Shown here in pieces: positions 63,137 through 64,000 of a DNA stretch of 64,000 nt (positions within the stretch are counted from its first letter, which is position 1; every line of letters starts with the position of its first letter). Source of the stretch: Chrysomallon squamiferum. Taxonomy: Eukaryota > Animalia > Mollusca. The DNA is taken from NCBI GenBank assembly GCA_012295275.1, contig CM022679.1, forward strand, positions 25,916,001 through 25,980,000. Reading direction: 5' to 3'. The notes beneath the pieces are model-generated. The model was given only the letters and a program-made list of their open reading frames with translations. It was not told where the DNA came from and ran no database searches. The position numbers and the translations under genes were made by a program.

Positions 63137-64000
63137 GTAAGCCTACACCGGCGCAAACCACACCTGTTTTGAACTCGGACAGCTACGCGGACGTTCTGAA
63201 GAGGAGAGGTGGGCCGCAGGACACTGTGGCGATAATGGACGAACTGCTGGCTTGTCAAGGTACAGTATGGCATCGTTTTTTCTCATCCCGTGCGGCTTCT
63301 CCTAGCTGGTCATTTCGGTTTGTTGCTTCACATACACAGAGCTTAACTGCTCGCAATAGACTCTAAAGTCAGTCAGTTTAAAAGGGGATGGTCGTTAATT
63401 TTTTAATTTTAATAGTCGAAACGCTCGGTATAACAGTGGTGTTCTGTTAAAATCTGTTGGCAGATTATTTTTAAATCTTTTTCATAATTAACAAAACAAA
63501 TTTAAACTTAATAAAAATAGAAAAGTTTTGCATGTGAAAATTTACTTATTAACTACTTCAAAAGTCTTGAGTTAAAATTTAAAAATAAAAATTAAACATT
63601 TTAATAGTATAATTTATTTTCGATATATACATTACATATGTTTTTTTCTTTAATTCTATCTTCTTTTTAAACATCTGTGCTTGGGAGTTCTTAAAACTAA
63701 AATCTCTTTCAGTAGTTGTAGTTAAAAATTTATAAAATTCTTTTTAGGTAAAGTACTGCATGAACTTGTTTTTCTCTCTCTCACTTTTTAATTTATTTTA
63801 ATTAAATTACAATTCATCACTGAATGGCATGTAATTTAACTTGCATGCAGTTGGTGCATTTGGTAAATTTAAAGTTCACTAAATGTTCTGTGTTTCAGTG
63901 GAATAAAATTACTTTACAATTTAAGTAGTAGCAGGATAATTAATACTGTTTAAAATGAAATAAACTGAAATAATTTTAAGATATGAGTTAAGAAAAAAAA

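Overview
AT-rich, microsatellite-dense, intron-containing animal genomic DNA (invertebrate, plausibly lophotrochozoan or molluscan; the taxon is an inference). Reading splice junctions by hand gave five genes. (1) The 3' seven coding exons of a JNK MAP kinase (+, 5138-11357), including a minor-spliceosome (U12-type) intron. (2) A complete 6-exon alpha/beta-hydrolase of the ICME/prenylcysteine methylesterase-like type (-, 21633-25373). (3) A 9-exon arsenite methyltransferase AS3MT-like gene (-, 27886-33265). It has Gly in place of the catalytic Cys156-equivalent and a 1-nt frame deficit at the exon 5/6 junction, where splicing creates a G_GGU_UUU slippery heptamer; ~300-bp direct repeats bracket it. 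(4) A 2-exon class A neuropeptide-type GPCR with a long signal-peptide-led ectodomain (-, 37855-39925). (5) WIPI2/Atg18 (+, from 53906, continuing beyond the window). The window also holds a pogo/Tigger-like MITE, a pair of hAT-like termini, a foldback element and several mini- and microsatellites. Most short ORFs in the supplied track are microsatellite artefacts.
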